DNA of 64,000 nucleotides from an uncultured archaeon (GCA_964632315.1 CAZWEM010000015.1:1-64000); one strand, 5' to 3'; counted from the stretch's first letter, positions 29,766 through 40,125 are shown. The notes: generated by a model not told the origin, from the sequence alone. Numbers and translations are program-made.

Positions 29766-30482
29766 ATGGATGATAAAGAAGAGATCACTCCGAATAATTA
29801 TGCGAACTGGTTTGCACTTTATAGATTATGCCAATTAATAAATCAGAATCCTTACATATTAATTAATAGTTCTGAATTCGGAAATTTGCTTGGTTTGAGT
29901 CAACAAACGGGGAGTAGGCGCATTAACGAGTTAATTGATTTAGGTTGGATAAAAAGGAAGATAGAAGGTAAATCTCAAAAAATTTCAATTACTAAAAAAG
30001 GAGCAAATATAATGCTCCAAATATATAAAAATCTTAAGAAACTTCTGGAATCCATTTTAATTGTGGGCGAAGTTTGTGAGGGAATGCATGAAGGAGGCTA
30101 TTATGTCTCAATTAAAGGTTATTTTGATCAGTTTAAAGATAAATTGGGATTTGAACCCTATAAAGGAACTTTAAATTTAAAACTTAGTGACACAGACATT
30201 TCAATACTGAGAGAAAAATTAGATAATATTGTCCCCATAATGATTGATGGTTTTAAAGATCAAAATCGAGAATATGGACCAGTAAGATGTTATGATGTTA
30301 TCATTACTAGATTAGATAATATGATTAAACAAAGGAAGGCAGCTATTTTAGATATTCAGAGAACACACCATGAAAAAAATATAATAGAAATCCTTGCAAA
30401 GCCATTTTTAAGGGATTACCTCAATTTAAAAGATGGAGATAAATTAATCATAGAAGTTATTAAAAATTCACGCTATAAATGA
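29766..30482 (+). CDS. ribK: CTP-dependent riboflavin kinase with N-terminal HTH
   Basis: SQQTGSR HTH, GMHEGGYYV, LGFEPYKGTLN, RTHH, LRDYLNLKDGD. Confidence 0.92.
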   Translation: MDDKEEITPNNYANWFALYRLCQLINQNPYILINSSEFGNLLGLSQQTGSRRINELIDLGWIKRKIEGKSQKISITKKGANIMLQIYKNLKKLLESILIVGEVCEGMHEGGYYVSIKGYFDQFKDKLGFEPYKGTLNLKLSDTDISILREKLDNIVPIMIDGFKDQNREYGPVRCYDVIITRLDNMIKQRKAAILDIQRTHHEKNIIEILAKPFLRDYLNLKDGDKLIIEVIKNSRYK

Positions 30483-31102
30483 GGTTTAATCTTAGCTATT
30501 CTTATTATCTTATGTATTTTAATCCCTCTATAGATTGCAGTTGAGATTACCAAGATTAAAAATCCAAATAAAAATTCATTCAGAAACCCAATATAAGTTG
30601 ATATTAAGGATATTAAGAAAATATAAAATAGGCGTTCAGATCTAGCCATTAAACCAATATCATAATTCCCTTTGTGAAAGGTTTGAGCTCTTGATCTTGA
30701 ATAGCTAATCATTAATGACCCAAAAAGGGAAGAGAAAACAACAAATCTCATATCAATTAAGAACCAGAGAGTTTGATCCCATCTATTAATTAATAAAGCT
30801 AGTAATATTATGAACTCACTCAATCGATCCATAAAAGAGTCGAAGAATCCCCCAAATTTTGTCTCTCTTTCATTTAATCTGGCTAAAGCACCATCAATAC
30901 CATCAAAGACTCCTGTGATAAACACCATTACTCCAAACCAAAAATAGGCTTTAAAATATACTAAAAAGAAAAAGCTAATTAATGAGCATACAAGCATTAT
31001 AACTGTTGCTCCGTTCGGGCTCAATCCAATCTTGCTACATCCTTTTGCCAAACCTTTTATTAAAGGTTTGAAAAGTCGTCTCAATCGAATTTTTGAGGGC
31101 AT
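30473..31102 (-). CDS. CDP-alcohol phosphatidyltransferase (archaetidylinositol-phosphate synthase-like)
   Basis: DGIDGALAR..GGFFDSFMDR, SYSRSRA, RSER. Confidence 0.9.
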   Translation of the reverse strand: MPSKIRLRRLFKPLIKGLAKGCSKIGLSPNGATVIMLVCSLISFFFLVYFKAYFWFGVMVFITGVFDGIDGALARLNERETKFGGFFDSFMDRLSEFIILLALLINRWDQTLWFLIDMRFVVFSSLFGSLMISYSRSRAQTFHKGNYDIGLMARSERLFYIFLISLISTYIGFLNEFLFGFLILVISTAIYRGIKIHKIIRIAKIKPHL

Positions 31103-31123
31103 TTTATATTGGACAAATTAATT

Positions 31124-31918
31124 TTAATCTACATCTTCGATAATTTGGTCGATATATTTGAAAGCTGTTATTCCCATAATGAATGCTATAAATATACTGA
31201 TTAGATATAACAAATCAATGTTTAAATTAAATAAGATAAAGACATCCGCTCTGATAAAGATCTGTTGATAAATAACTTCACTATACATCAATGAATTCGA
31301 GATTATTATCATATAAAACGCAATAAAAATTAAAATGCTTCCTAAAATATTAAACACTGCTGGTCTTCTTTGCTTAAATAGTAAACTTATTACTGCAGTC
31401 GTACTAAATAATATGAAGGAAGATAAAGAGAGAATGAATTGTAGCATTAAATAAAGTTGAAAATTTGAAACAGTAAAGGAATAATGAATTTGATTATCAA
31501 AAATTACTGTGCTTGATCCAACCAGAAATAAAAGTGAAAATACAAAATTAATAATGGTGAATAAACCACCAAAACAATTTATATAAAAGTAGGTTTTTGA
31601 GATTTTTAAAACATCGACATTTAAATTTTTTACACTGTTTATAAAGAAATCTTCTTTTAAAATAGCAACCTCTCTAATTATATCCCGAGGAGCCTTTCTA
31701 TTAACCTTTTTAAATTTATAGGTAGCATGCTGGTTTTTTAACTGATCCAATGAATTTCTCGCTTTGTTCCTCTTTCTAGCTGAACTTTTTTTGCCTTCAA
31801 AATACCAAATCAAATTCCTAGAAGGATCAACTATTACAGCAACATCTTTTTCATTGATTCCCTCGGTTTTATACCATTGTTTACTTTTGAATTTATATGT
31901 TAAAAGGTTAGAAGACAT
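31124..31918 (-). CDS. membrane protein with N-terminal gelsolin-like domain
   Basis: INEKDVAVIVD..NLIWYFEGKKSSARKRNKA followed by 4 TM segments. Confidence 0.5.
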   Translation of the reverse strand: MSSNLLTYKFKSKQWYKTEGINEKDVAVIVDPSRNLIWYFEGKKSSARKRNKARNSLDQLKNQHATYKFKKVNRKAPRDIIREVAILKEDFFINSVKNLNVDVLKISKTYFYINCFGGLFTIINFVFSLLFLVGSSTVIFDNQIHYSFTVSNFQLYLMLQFILSLSSFILFSTTAVISLLFKQRRPAVFNILGSILIFIAFYMIIISNSLMYSEVIYQQIFIRADVFILFNLNIDLLYLISIFIAFIMGITAFKYIDQIIEDVD

Positions 31919-32035
31919 AGTGAAATCTTAAAATTCTTTTCATTTTTAAGTTATAGTTTATTATAACATAATATATCTTATTTATATTTATAATTCTAAA
32001 TTAGTCTAAAGCATCAATTATCGGTGATATTTCAT

Positions 32036-32260
32036 TTGAAGTTGCGATTAGTGTTTAAAACTAAATCTAAAAGGAATAAGGTTGTTACTCTAAAAATTCA
32101 CATCGCACCTTCGAAACATTTAGGTTTCATAAATTTTGTAAATCTTGCTCTTAATCAAAGCAAACCAGTTAATTTATGTATTGAAAAAATCGGAGACTCA
32201 GGAGAGATAGAACGGATTGGAATCGAGGGTTTTTTTGAATTTCAATCCAAGGGGGTTTAA
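32036..32260 (+). CDS. hypothetical protein (paralog A)
   Basis: Similar to the downstream ORF; TTG 32036 follows a GGTGA motif. Confidence 0.75.
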   Translation: MKLRLVFKTKSKRNKVVTLKIHIAPSKHLGFINFVNLALNQSKPVNLCIEKIGDSGEIERIGIEGFFEFQSKGV

Positions 32261-32265
32261 AACAA

Positions 32266-32571
32266 ATGAAATTACGTCTAGCACTTAATACAAAAACTAA
32301 AAATGAAAAATATATATCCATTAAATTTAACATAGCTCCATCAAAGCAGCAAGGAATTCTTAACTTTATTCAACTTGCTTCTTCTAAAAATCAACCCGTC
32401 TCAATATCATTTGAAAAAATAAGTAAATCTGGAGAAAGAGAAGAAAGTAAAATTGCAGGTAATTTTAAATTTACTGTTAAAGATCCCACTCAATTGCAGC
32501 TACTCATAGAAGAGGTAAGTGGTAGAGTAAAACGTCGCAAAAAGTTACACCAGAAAAGAACTCATAAATGA
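32266..32571 (+). CDS. hypothetical protein (paralog B)
   Basis: MKLRL..KTK..IAPSK..NF..LA..PV..EKI..SGE shared with the upstream ORF. Confidence 0.8.
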   Translation: MKLRLALNTKTKNEKYISIKFNIAPSKQQGILNFIQLASSKNQPVSISFEKISKSGEREESKIAGNFKFTVKDPTQLQLLIEEVSGRVKRRKKLHQKRTHK

Positions 32572-33321
32572 TTATAAGAGATTGATAAACCCTAATTTAA
32601 TCAAATTTTTACAAACATTATAAACTTGTTCCTGTTTAACTTGCAACTTTTCTGAAATCTCACTAATTGACTTGATCCCATCTATTTGATTAAAAACATT
32701 CTGGGAAAGCTCCCCAGTTAAATAATGCTTTGGATTAATTTTTTGCGAACAAGCATAATTGGGAACTTGAGAACAATAAGTTGGAAACTCGCTAACTGAT
32801 TTTCTTTCATTCTTTAATGCTTTCAAGTCCTTCTCTTCAATTAATTTTTCTTCAACACTCTTAAAAAGTTCTACAACTCTTTCTTTAAATTTAGTATCAG
32901 TTTCTTCTAGTTCTTCATTGTGATATTTTTTTAAAATTTTCTCGAAGGAGTTAAATTCATCTCTGCGACCACTCCAATTTAAAATTTGGTTAATATTAAA
33001 TTTTTTAAGAAATGTATTCGAAACTTTTCTTAGAATTCTCTGAACATTCACTCCTTTAGATTTTTCATCGTATGTTGCTAGATAAATTAAATTAGGGATA
33101 GCATTTTCCTTTAAAAAAGATAATTTTAATTCATTATTAGAAAGCTTTAATTCACTAATTGTTCCAAGATCTTCAAAAGAATCCGAGAAAGAATTAAGCG
33201 CGGTAAAAAAGCCTGAAATTAAGATTAAAGAATCTCCATGACAGAATGTATTACTTGGATTGGAAAAATTTTTTACTAAAAGCGGTAAACCATCTTTAAT
33301 AATAATGAAATCATGAATCAT
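32572..33321 (-). CDS. longin-domain plus winged-helix protein (NPRL2-like architecture)
   Basis: IIKDGLPLL..LISGFFTALNSF longin signature; C-terminal IDGIKSISEIS..V..VCKNLIKLGFI. Confidence 0.7.
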   Translation of the reverse strand: MIHDFIIIKDGLPLLVKNFSNPSNTFCHGDSLILISGFFTALNSFSDSFEDLGTISELKLSNNELKLSFLKENAIPNLIYLATYDEKSKGVNVQRILRKVSNTFLKKFNINQILNWSGRRDEFNSFEKILKKYHNEELEETDTKFKERVVELFKSVEEKLIEEKDLKALKNERKSVSEFPTYCSQVPNYACSQKINPKHYLTGELSQNVFNQIDGIKSISEISEKLQVKQEQVYNVCKNLIKLGFINLL

Positions 33322-33486
33322 GTGTTTTTTTCCAATTCAATTTCTATCAATATTTTTCTTAAAATATGTTTAAATAGTGAAATGAAAACCTTTAACAAAA
33401 AATTTAAAGTTCCCGAAAAGAAAAAAAAAAGTAATACCAAGATATTATCTTTTAAATTTTAAAAGCAACTAGATTACTAGGTATTA

Positions 33487-34587
33487 ATGATAAAAATTAG
33501 ATCTCCGGGTCGTATTTGCTTATTTGGGGAGCACCAAGACTATCTTGGGTTTCCAATAATTTCGTTAGCAATCTCTAAATACATCTTTATAGAAGCAAAA
33601 AAAATAACCAAACCCCTTTTTTCAATTCATTTTCCAGATACAGGGATTGATATGGAAATTAAGTTGAATAACAAAGAATTATCTTACGATTCTAATAGAG
33701 ATTATATCAAGAGCGGATATAATCATTATATTAGAAAAGGAATAAAGTTATTAGATGGCCACGACATAAAAATAACTGGAAATATTCCAATTAACGCAGG
33801 TGTGGCAAGCTCCTCAGCTTTAGTGATCGCTTGGTTATATTTTCTTTCTATTATCAGTGATCAAAAAATAGATCCGTATAAATTGGCACTTGAAGGATAT
33901 AAAGTTGAAGTTGAAGAGTTTAATGAAGCGGGAGGGATGATGGATCATTTTTCATCTGTTTTTGGACAATTAATCTTTTTAAAAAGCCAAGTTCCAGAAC
34001 CGTTCCTCATTCATTATGATTTATCAATTGATGGTTTTATATTGGGTAACTCGATGGAAAAGAAATCTACAGTCGAGGATTTAAAGAACGTAAAAAAGCT
34101 TTCCCTCCATTCTTTTGAAATTTTAAAAGAAATTATGCCCACTTTCAACATGCTTAAAACCCCCATAAAGGAAATTCTTCCGTATATGGAAAGCATGGAG
34201 AAGAAATATAGAGAAAAAATTATTGGTAACTTAAATAATAGAGATATTACGATAAAAGCCAAGATCTTATTGGATGAATATTATAAAAACAAAGAAAATT
34301 ATACAAAGAGTCAAAGAAATCATTTTTATTCTGAATTGGGGTGTTTACTAAACTCGCATCATCATTATTTACGAGATAACATTGGAGTTTCAACCAAAAA
34401 AATTGAAGAGATGGTAAATGAATGCATAAATAATGGGGCGTTAGGTTCTAAAATCAATGGTTCTGGATTCGGGGGAACAATGTTTGCTCTTGCTCCTGAA
34501 AATGAACAGAAAATTGTGAATATCTTAGAATTATTAGGATATGAATCAAGCATTTTAAAGACTAGCAAAGGGGTTGAGAGCTATTAA
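33487..34587 (+). CDS. galactokinase-like GHMP kinase
   Basis: PGRICLFGEHQDY, IPINAGVASSSA, GMMD, GSKINGSGFGG. Confidence 0.88.
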   Translation: MIKIRSPGRICLFGEHQDYLGFPIISLAISKYIFIEAKKITKPLFSIHFPDTGIDMEIKLNNKELSYDSNRDYIKSGYNHYIRKGIKLLDGHDIKITGNIPINAGVASSSALVIAWLYFLSIISDQKIDPYKLALEGYKVEVEEFNEAGGMMDHFSSVFGQLIFLKSQVPEPFLIHYDLSIDGFILGNSMEKKSTVEDLKNVKKLSLHSFEILKEIMPTFNMLKTPIKEILPYMESMEKKYREKIIGNLNNRDITIKAKILLDEYYKNKENYTKSQRNHFYSELGCLLNSHHHYLRDNIGVSTKKIEEMVNECINNGALGSKINGSGFGGTMFALAPENEQKIVNILELLGYESSILKTSKGVESY

Positions 34588-34672
34588 TAAATCAATGGAA
34601 GAGTATTTAAAAGCTTAAATAGACAAAATACAAAATAATATCATAATACATTTGATGCTATTTTTATAAGAT

Positions 34673-36292
34673 GTGATCATTATGAGGATCCGAAAAAGAA
34701 AGAATTTAATTTATAAATATTCTGTTGTAAGTTTTCTATTAGCTCTTCCCATTATTGGATTTTTCTCCTATGTTGGATTTGCCTTATATATAGTCGATGA
34801 TGTAGCTACTTTTACTTTCGAATTAGATCCTCCAAATTCAGAATATTTCATTCCAATTAATCAAATTGAAGGAAACTTTACATTCATGAAAAAAATGGCA
34901 GATACTTATGACATTCAACTTGAACGATATCATATGCCTTCAAATATTAGTATTGATGTAATTTTCTCTAATGGGAGCTATAATGAGGTTTCTGAATGGC
35001 TTGGCACAGATAATGGAGCCCTGCATCTAGGTTATACTTTAGCCTCACAATGTTTTAGATATAAATATGCTGTGGATAACGGTGATACTGATGAAATTAT
35101 AAATGCTACTAGAATGGTTAAGAAATGCGTGACTGGATTTAGTAACATGTTAGCCGCTCCTAATGGGGGAATAGGTCCAGATTATCCTGGAACACCTGCA
35201 AGATTCGTTTCCTCTCCTGAAAATAGAAAATATCACGAATGGTTATTTGCTGAGCATCCCCGACATTTTAATGGTACAGGAATATATAAAAATTGGCGCG
35301 TACGCTTGCATACTAGCAGAGATGAACTTGCTGGCTATTATTTAGGATTTGCAAGTGTTTTGAAATTCATTGATCCTTCTATAAATGAAGAGAGTCGATG
35401 GTGTGTTGAGCGAATAACTTTATTAGTTGAACAACTAATAGAAGGGTTTAAGAAAACTAATTGGTTAGTTTTAGGCGGAGAAGGAGAACCGGTGGGCTCT
35501 GATCTAAATGTTTATTTTCCAAATACTATTTGGCGTCTTGTCTTACTCAGAATTGGTGCTACTGCGTCCCCAGAAAAATATGATTCACTTTACCAATATG
35601 AAGCTACCAAAGTGATGTCTATGTTTGGAGCAGGAGTATCCAGCCCTCAAAACACTTTTTATGATACCTATGCATTAGCCTTTAGTATGGATGTTGTATT
35701 TTCTTTAATTATTTTGGAAGACAACCCAATACTACAACAGCATTACATAAAAAATTTTGAAACGGGATTTTATGATTACTTAAGATATCATCGGAATGCA
35801 TTTTACAATATCCTCCACTTAACATATATGACTTTAATTCCGGATGCAACCATTTATGAAGATCATAATTATAATGATGAAAATATCAAATGGGATGTTT
35901 TAGATCAACTATGGAGGTTTAACACCTCGGGATGGGGAGATGGAGTAAGAAATTATAATTTAACTATTCGACCTAATTCTACTAGAGCAACTAGTTTAAA
36001 TCCCGAAATTAGAGCAATGTTGACAGAAGATAAAAAAGCTAAATGGAATGATTTTTTCGAAAATAATGTATATGGGAGTCTTTTTTCTTGGGTTGGAGAT
36101 GAATTCGATTTTGACGATCCATTATATCTAAAACCATTAACAGTATCAGAAATGGGCGTACACCATTTTCTATGGGAGCATGGTAAATTTTACGGAAATG
36201 GAGGAGATCCTAACGGAAATGGATTGCGTGAAGTAATACCAAATTCCTATTTAGTTGTGTATTGGTTAGGAAAAGCTATGGATATCTTCTAA
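34673..36292 (+). CDS. membrane-anchored extracellular hypothetical protein
   Basis: N-terminal TM; aromatic-rich helical body with DNGA and TSRDELAGYY motifs. Confidence 0.65.
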   Translation: MIIMRIRKRKNLIYKYSVVSFLLALPIIGFFSYVGFALYIVDDVATFTFELDPPNSEYFIPINQIEGNFTFMKKMADTYDIQLERYHMPSNISIDVIFSNGSYNEVSEWLGTDNGALHLGYTLASQCFRYKYAVDNGDTDEIINATRMVKKCVTGFSNMLAAPNGGIGPDYPGTPARFVSSPENRKYHEWLFAEHPRHFNGTGIYKNWRVRLHTSRDELAGYYLGFASVLKFIDPSINEESRWCVERITLLVEQLIEGFKKTNWLVLGGEGEPVGSDLNVYFPNTIWRLVLLRIGATASPEKYDSLYQYEATKVMSMFGAGVSSPQNTFYDTYALAFSMDVVFSLIILEDNPILQQHYIKNFETGFYDYLRYHRNAFYNILHLTYMTLIPDATIYEDHNYNDENIKWDVLDQLWRFNTSGWGDGVRNYNLTIRPNSTRATSLNPEIRAMLTEDKKAKWNDFFENNVYGSLFSWVGDEFDFDDPLYLKPLTVSEMGVHHFLWEHGKFYGNGGDPNGNGLREVIPNSYLVVYWLGKAMDIF

Positions 36293-36450
36293 TACTCTTT
36301 TTATTTTGAGTTTCTCTCATTAAAATTGCAAGAGATATGCTTAACAAAGTATATTCAAATAACGGTCTACGGATCTTTTTTTAAATTATAATTATAAAAC
36401 TGATATAATAAAATAGATTATATAAATAAATACTATAAATTTGAAATCTT

Positions 36451-37002
36451 ATGGAAAATAAACGTTATTACTCTAAAAAGAGTTATGAAGCTCCAATGAG
36501 CATTTTTGGTACAGCGATCGTTTTCATAATAGTTGGAGTTATTTCGCTGGTGTTTAATACCCTACAATTTGATTTTATTGGATTAAGATATTGGGGTTAT
36601 TGGCTCTTTATTCCCGCTTTCTTTATATCTATTGGAGGCTTTACACAAATTTACACCAATAGAAACTTCAAAAAGGCAGTAAGAGTTGCCATAATGGATA
36701 GGAATTACCAAGGTACTCATAAATTAGAAGATATAGCTTTAGAAGTTGGAATCAAGCCAAAAGATGTTCTAAGAGTCTTAGTCGATTTGAGAGCAAGTGG
36801 TTTTGTCAAATATAAATTTAATTCTCAAACTGGAGAAATTGAATTAGGAGAAGGAATCGTTTATAAACAATCCGATAATTTCGTTCCTCCGCCTAAAAAA
36901 ATTGAGGCTCCACTTCCCACAAAAGGCAATTATTGTGTATACTGTGGTCAGCAACTGCGTGAAGGAGCACAATTTTGTGAAAATTGTGGGTCAAAAATAT
37001 AA
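36451..37002 (+). CDS. 2-TM protein with winged-helix and C-terminal zinc ribbon
   Basis: Two TM segments, LEDIALEVGI..VL..L..L..SG, CVYCG..AQFCENCG. Confidence 0.8.
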   Translation: MENKRYYSKKSYEAPMSIFGTAIVFIIVGVISLVFNTLQFDFIGLRYWGYWLFIPAFFISIGGFTQIYTNRNFKKAVRVAIMDRNYQGTHKLEDIALEVGIKPKDVLRVLVDLRASGFVKYKFNSQTGEIELGEGIVYKQSDNFVPPPKKIEAPLPTKGNYCVYCGQQLREGAQFCENCGSKI

Positions 37003-37081
37003 TATTTTTTCTTTTTTTTTTTTAAAAAATTAAATTCTAACATGTATTTAATTCATTTAACAACAATAAAGATGAAATTAA

Positions 37082-38119
37082 ATGCAGAAAAAAGTGCTGA
37101 CATTTGGAGAAATAATGTTAAGACTATCACCTCCCTATTATAAAAGGTTCACTCAAGCAAGTTCTTTTGATGTGATATATGGAGGGGGAGAAGCAAATGT
37201 TGCAGTTTCACTAAGTAATTTTGGAATCTCCGTGGATTTTGTTTCTCGTCTTCCTGATAATGATATTGGAACTGCGTGTATTCAATTTCTTAAACAATTC
37301 GGAATTAATACTAATAAAATACTAAGAGGCGGAGAAAGAATTGGTATATATTTTCTTGAAGTAGGTGCTTCTGCTCGGCCAAGTAAAGTAATTTATGACA
37401 GGGACTATTCCGCAATTTCAACAGCTTCACCAGATATGTTCGACTGGGATGAAATTCTGAAAGACGTCAGCTGGTTCCATATAACAGGGATTACTCCTGC
37501 TATTTCTCAAAACTTAGCGGATATTTGTATGGATGCTTTAAAAACAGCTAAGGACAGAGGAATCGTAATTTCATGCGATTTAAATTATCGGAGTAAATTA
37601 TGGGGTTATGGAAAAAGGCCTTCAGAAGTTATGCCTGAATTAGTTAAACTGTGCGATCACGTTATAGGAAACGAAGAGGATGCTGAAAAAGTACTCGGAA
37701 TCAAGGCCCCGAATACTGATATCACATCTGGAGAGATTAATCCCGAGAATTACGAGTTTGTTGTTAAGGAAATGCATCAAAGATTTCCAAACCTCAAAAG
37801 TTCAGCAATCACGTTGAGAGGATCGATTTCTGCTAGTCATAATACTTGGGCAGCTGTACTTTATAATGGAAGCAAGCTTTATATCAGTCCTCATTATGAA
37901 ATTACTCACATAGTTGATCGAGTAGGAGGCGGTGATTCTTTTGTTGCAGGACTAATATATGGATTTCTTACTTTTAACAATGATTATCAAAAAATATTGA
38001 ACTTCGCTGTTGCCGCCTCTTGTTTAAAGCATACGATTTTCGGTGACTTTAATCTGGTTTCAGTCGAAGAAGTTGAAAATATAATGAAAGGAAATGTTTC
38101 AGGAAGAGTTTCCCGATAG
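37082..38119 (+). CDS. kdgK: 2-keto-3-deoxygluconate kinase-like PfkB sugar kinase
   Basis: FGEIMLRLSP, GGGEANVA, VIYDR, DLNYRSKLW, DRVGGGDSF. Confidence 0.88.
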   Translation: MQKKVLTFGEIMLRLSPPYYKRFTQASSFDVIYGGGEANVAVSLSNFGISVDFVSRLPDNDIGTACIQFLKQFGINTNKILRGGERIGIYFLEVGASARPSKVIYDRDYSAISTASPDMFDWDEILKDVSWFHITGITPAISQNLADICMDALKTAKDRGIVISCDLNYRSKLWGYGKRPSEVMPELVKLCDHVIGNEEDAEKVLGIKAPNTDITSGEINPENYEFVVKEMHQRFPNLKSSAITLRGSISASHNTWAAVLYNGSKLYISPHYEITHIVDRVGGGDSFVAGLIYGFLTFNNDYQKILNFAVAASCLKHTIFGDFNLVSVEEVENIMKGNVSGRVSR

Positions 38120-38124
38120 AAATT

Positions 38125-39273
38125 ATGGCACCTATTCAAACAAATAAGCAAGCAATTCTCAATATTTTCGATCATAAAAAAATAGACCATATTGTATTCA
38201 GTCCAAGAATCTATTATTGGTACCTAGGTAATAAATTGTTTCTAAAACGCCTCAAGAATCCAAATCGCAGCATTCCTGATTATTTTGTTGGTAAATCACA
38301 AATGGAAATTTATCGAATGTTATCCGTTAGCCCTCGATATGTATATGAAACACTCTATTTTGATTTAATTGAAACTAAAATAGATCCGGAATCAAACATA
38401 ATCATTAAAAGAAAAAGTGGTTCAAAGGAGGGTGAAACGATAGTTTCCTATAAAACACCTTTGGGAAACCTCAAACAAGTAGAAAGCGTGGGGGGAGGGT
38501 TAGGAGCTCACCCTACTGAATACCCTATCAAATCATTGGATGATATAAAAATTATGGAATACATCCTAGAAAACACATATTGTTCTTTTTCAAATAAAAA
38601 CTTCATTAAAGCTGAGAGACAATTTAGAGATTTAGGCGTTGTCAGTACTTATCTAAGTCACTCTCCATTTCAAAAATTAATAACGGAGCTTATGGGATTT
38701 TCAAGGACTATTTTATTCTTAAAACGTTACCCGCGACAAATAGAAAACTTCATGAATGTTTTGGAAGACTGGGATGATCTACTTTATAGAGAAATCATTC
38801 ATACGCCCATTAAAATTATAAATTTTGGAGAAAATATCGATGGAAATTTAAGTCCTCCTCATTATTTTGAAAAATACCTCATTCCTTATTATCAAAAAAG
38901 AGTAAAGCAAATTCATCAATCAGATAAGTTTTGTCACATTCATATGGATGGATCATTAAGAGATTTATTGCCTTTTTTGGAAGAATTACCATTTGATGGT
39001 ATTGAAGCATTAACAGCCTATCCACAGGGTGATGTGAGTTTGCAAGAAATAAAAGATTCAATTGGAAATAAAATCCTTTTGGATGGAATTCCTTCTGTTT
39101 TATTTCTGCCACAATACTCCAATGATTATGTAAAATCATATACTAAGGATGTTATCGAGCTTTTTTATCCTAACCTTATTTTAGGTGTATCTGATGAATT
39201 AAGTCCTAATGGAGAAATATCCAAGATTGAACTAATCGCTGACATTGTGAGAAATTATGCTGATAAGATCTAA
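38125..39273 (+). CDS. uroporphyrinogen decarboxylase/MtaA-CmuA superfamily protein
   Basis: TPLG.L, EYPIKS, SPFQ, LSP..FEKYLIPYY, HIHMDG, DGIP. Confidence 0.75.
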   Translation: MAPIQTNKQAILNIFDHKKIDHIVFSPRIYYWYLGNKLFLKRLKNPNRSIPDYFVGKSQMEIYRMLSVSPRYVYETLYFDLIETKIDPESNIIIKRKSGSKEGETIVSYKTPLGNLKQVESVGGGLGAHPTEYPIKSLDDIKIMEYILENTYCSFSNKNFIKAERQFRDLGVVSTYLSHSPFQKLITELMGFSRTILFLKRYPRQIENFMNVLEDWDDLLYREIIHTPIKIINFGENIDGNLSPPHYFEKYLIPYYQKRVKQIHQSDKFCHIHMDGSLRDLLPFLEELPFDGIEALTAYPQGDVSLQEIKDSIGNKILLDGIPSVLFLPQYSNDYVKSYTKDVIELFYPNLILGVSDELSPNGEISKIELIADIVRNYADKI

Positions 39274-39327
39274 AAATATTTTAACTATTGACTTCTTTTT
39301 TACACAATTAAAGGAAAGTCCGATAAA

Positions 39328-40125
39328 ATGTCAGAACAAGATAAAATGATCCTTACTGCCACGACAGCAAACTCGTGGATTTACCCCGAAGTTCAAAATT
39401 GGGCAGATAATTTAGATGATTTGATTAAAGATGTCATTGAGTGTTATGAAGCAGGTGCCACAATGGCTCATGTCCATCTCCCAAGAGGTTTTGAAAGTGA
39501 AACCGTGAAAAGAATTAGAGAAAATTGTGATATTATTATTCAGGGAGGAATGTCAAGTGATATCATTCCAGATAGAAAAGGAGATTTTGAAGCAAAACCA
39601 GACATGCTTTCAATTATTCTCAATCATCATGATGAGCATTTTACACAAGTGAGCCTAAATCGACTTCACACACTTGAAGAATTAGAAGAATATTGTATTA
39701 AATGTAAAGAATATAAAATTAAACCCGAATGGGAAGTTTGGCACACTGGTTCTTTTTGGAACCTGAATTTTTTAATAGATAAAAATTTAATTGCACCTCC
39801 ACATGTTTTAACGCTATTTTTTAACTGGCCAGGTGGAACATGGTCCCCTCCTACAGCAGAGGAGTATCTCCACCGTATCAAGTACATGCCCCCCAACTCT
39901 CTACATACTATAAGCGTAATGGGAGAAAATCAAACTAAAATCGCAATTTTAGCCATCTCTCACGGTGGCAATGTTCGAGTTGGTACAGAGGATTTTCCAT
40001 TCATCAGAAAGGGGATCCCAGCAATAAATAATGCTGAGATTGTAGCAAGGATGGTACGTATTAGCAAAGAAATGGGAAGGGATGTGGCGGATCCATCTGA
40101 AGGAAGAAAGATTATTGGTATATAG
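39328..40125 (+). CDS. beta-keto acid cleavage enzyme (BKACE/Kce, DUF849)
   Basis: CYEAGATMAHVH, KPEWE, GGNVRVGTED, NAEIVAR. Confidence 0.9.
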   Translation: MSEQDKMILTATTANSWIYPEVQNWADNLDDLIKDVIECYEAGATMAHVHLPRGFESETVKRIRENCDIIIQGGMSSDIIPDRKGDFEAKPDMLSIILNHHDEHFTQVSLNRLHTLEELEEYCIKCKEYKIKPEWEVWHTGSFWNLNFLIDKNLIAPPHVLTLFFNWPGGTWSPPTAEEYLHRIKYMPPNSLHTISVMGENQTKIAILAISHGGNVRVGTEDFPFIRKGIPAINNAEIVARMVRISKEMGRDVADPSEGRKIIGI

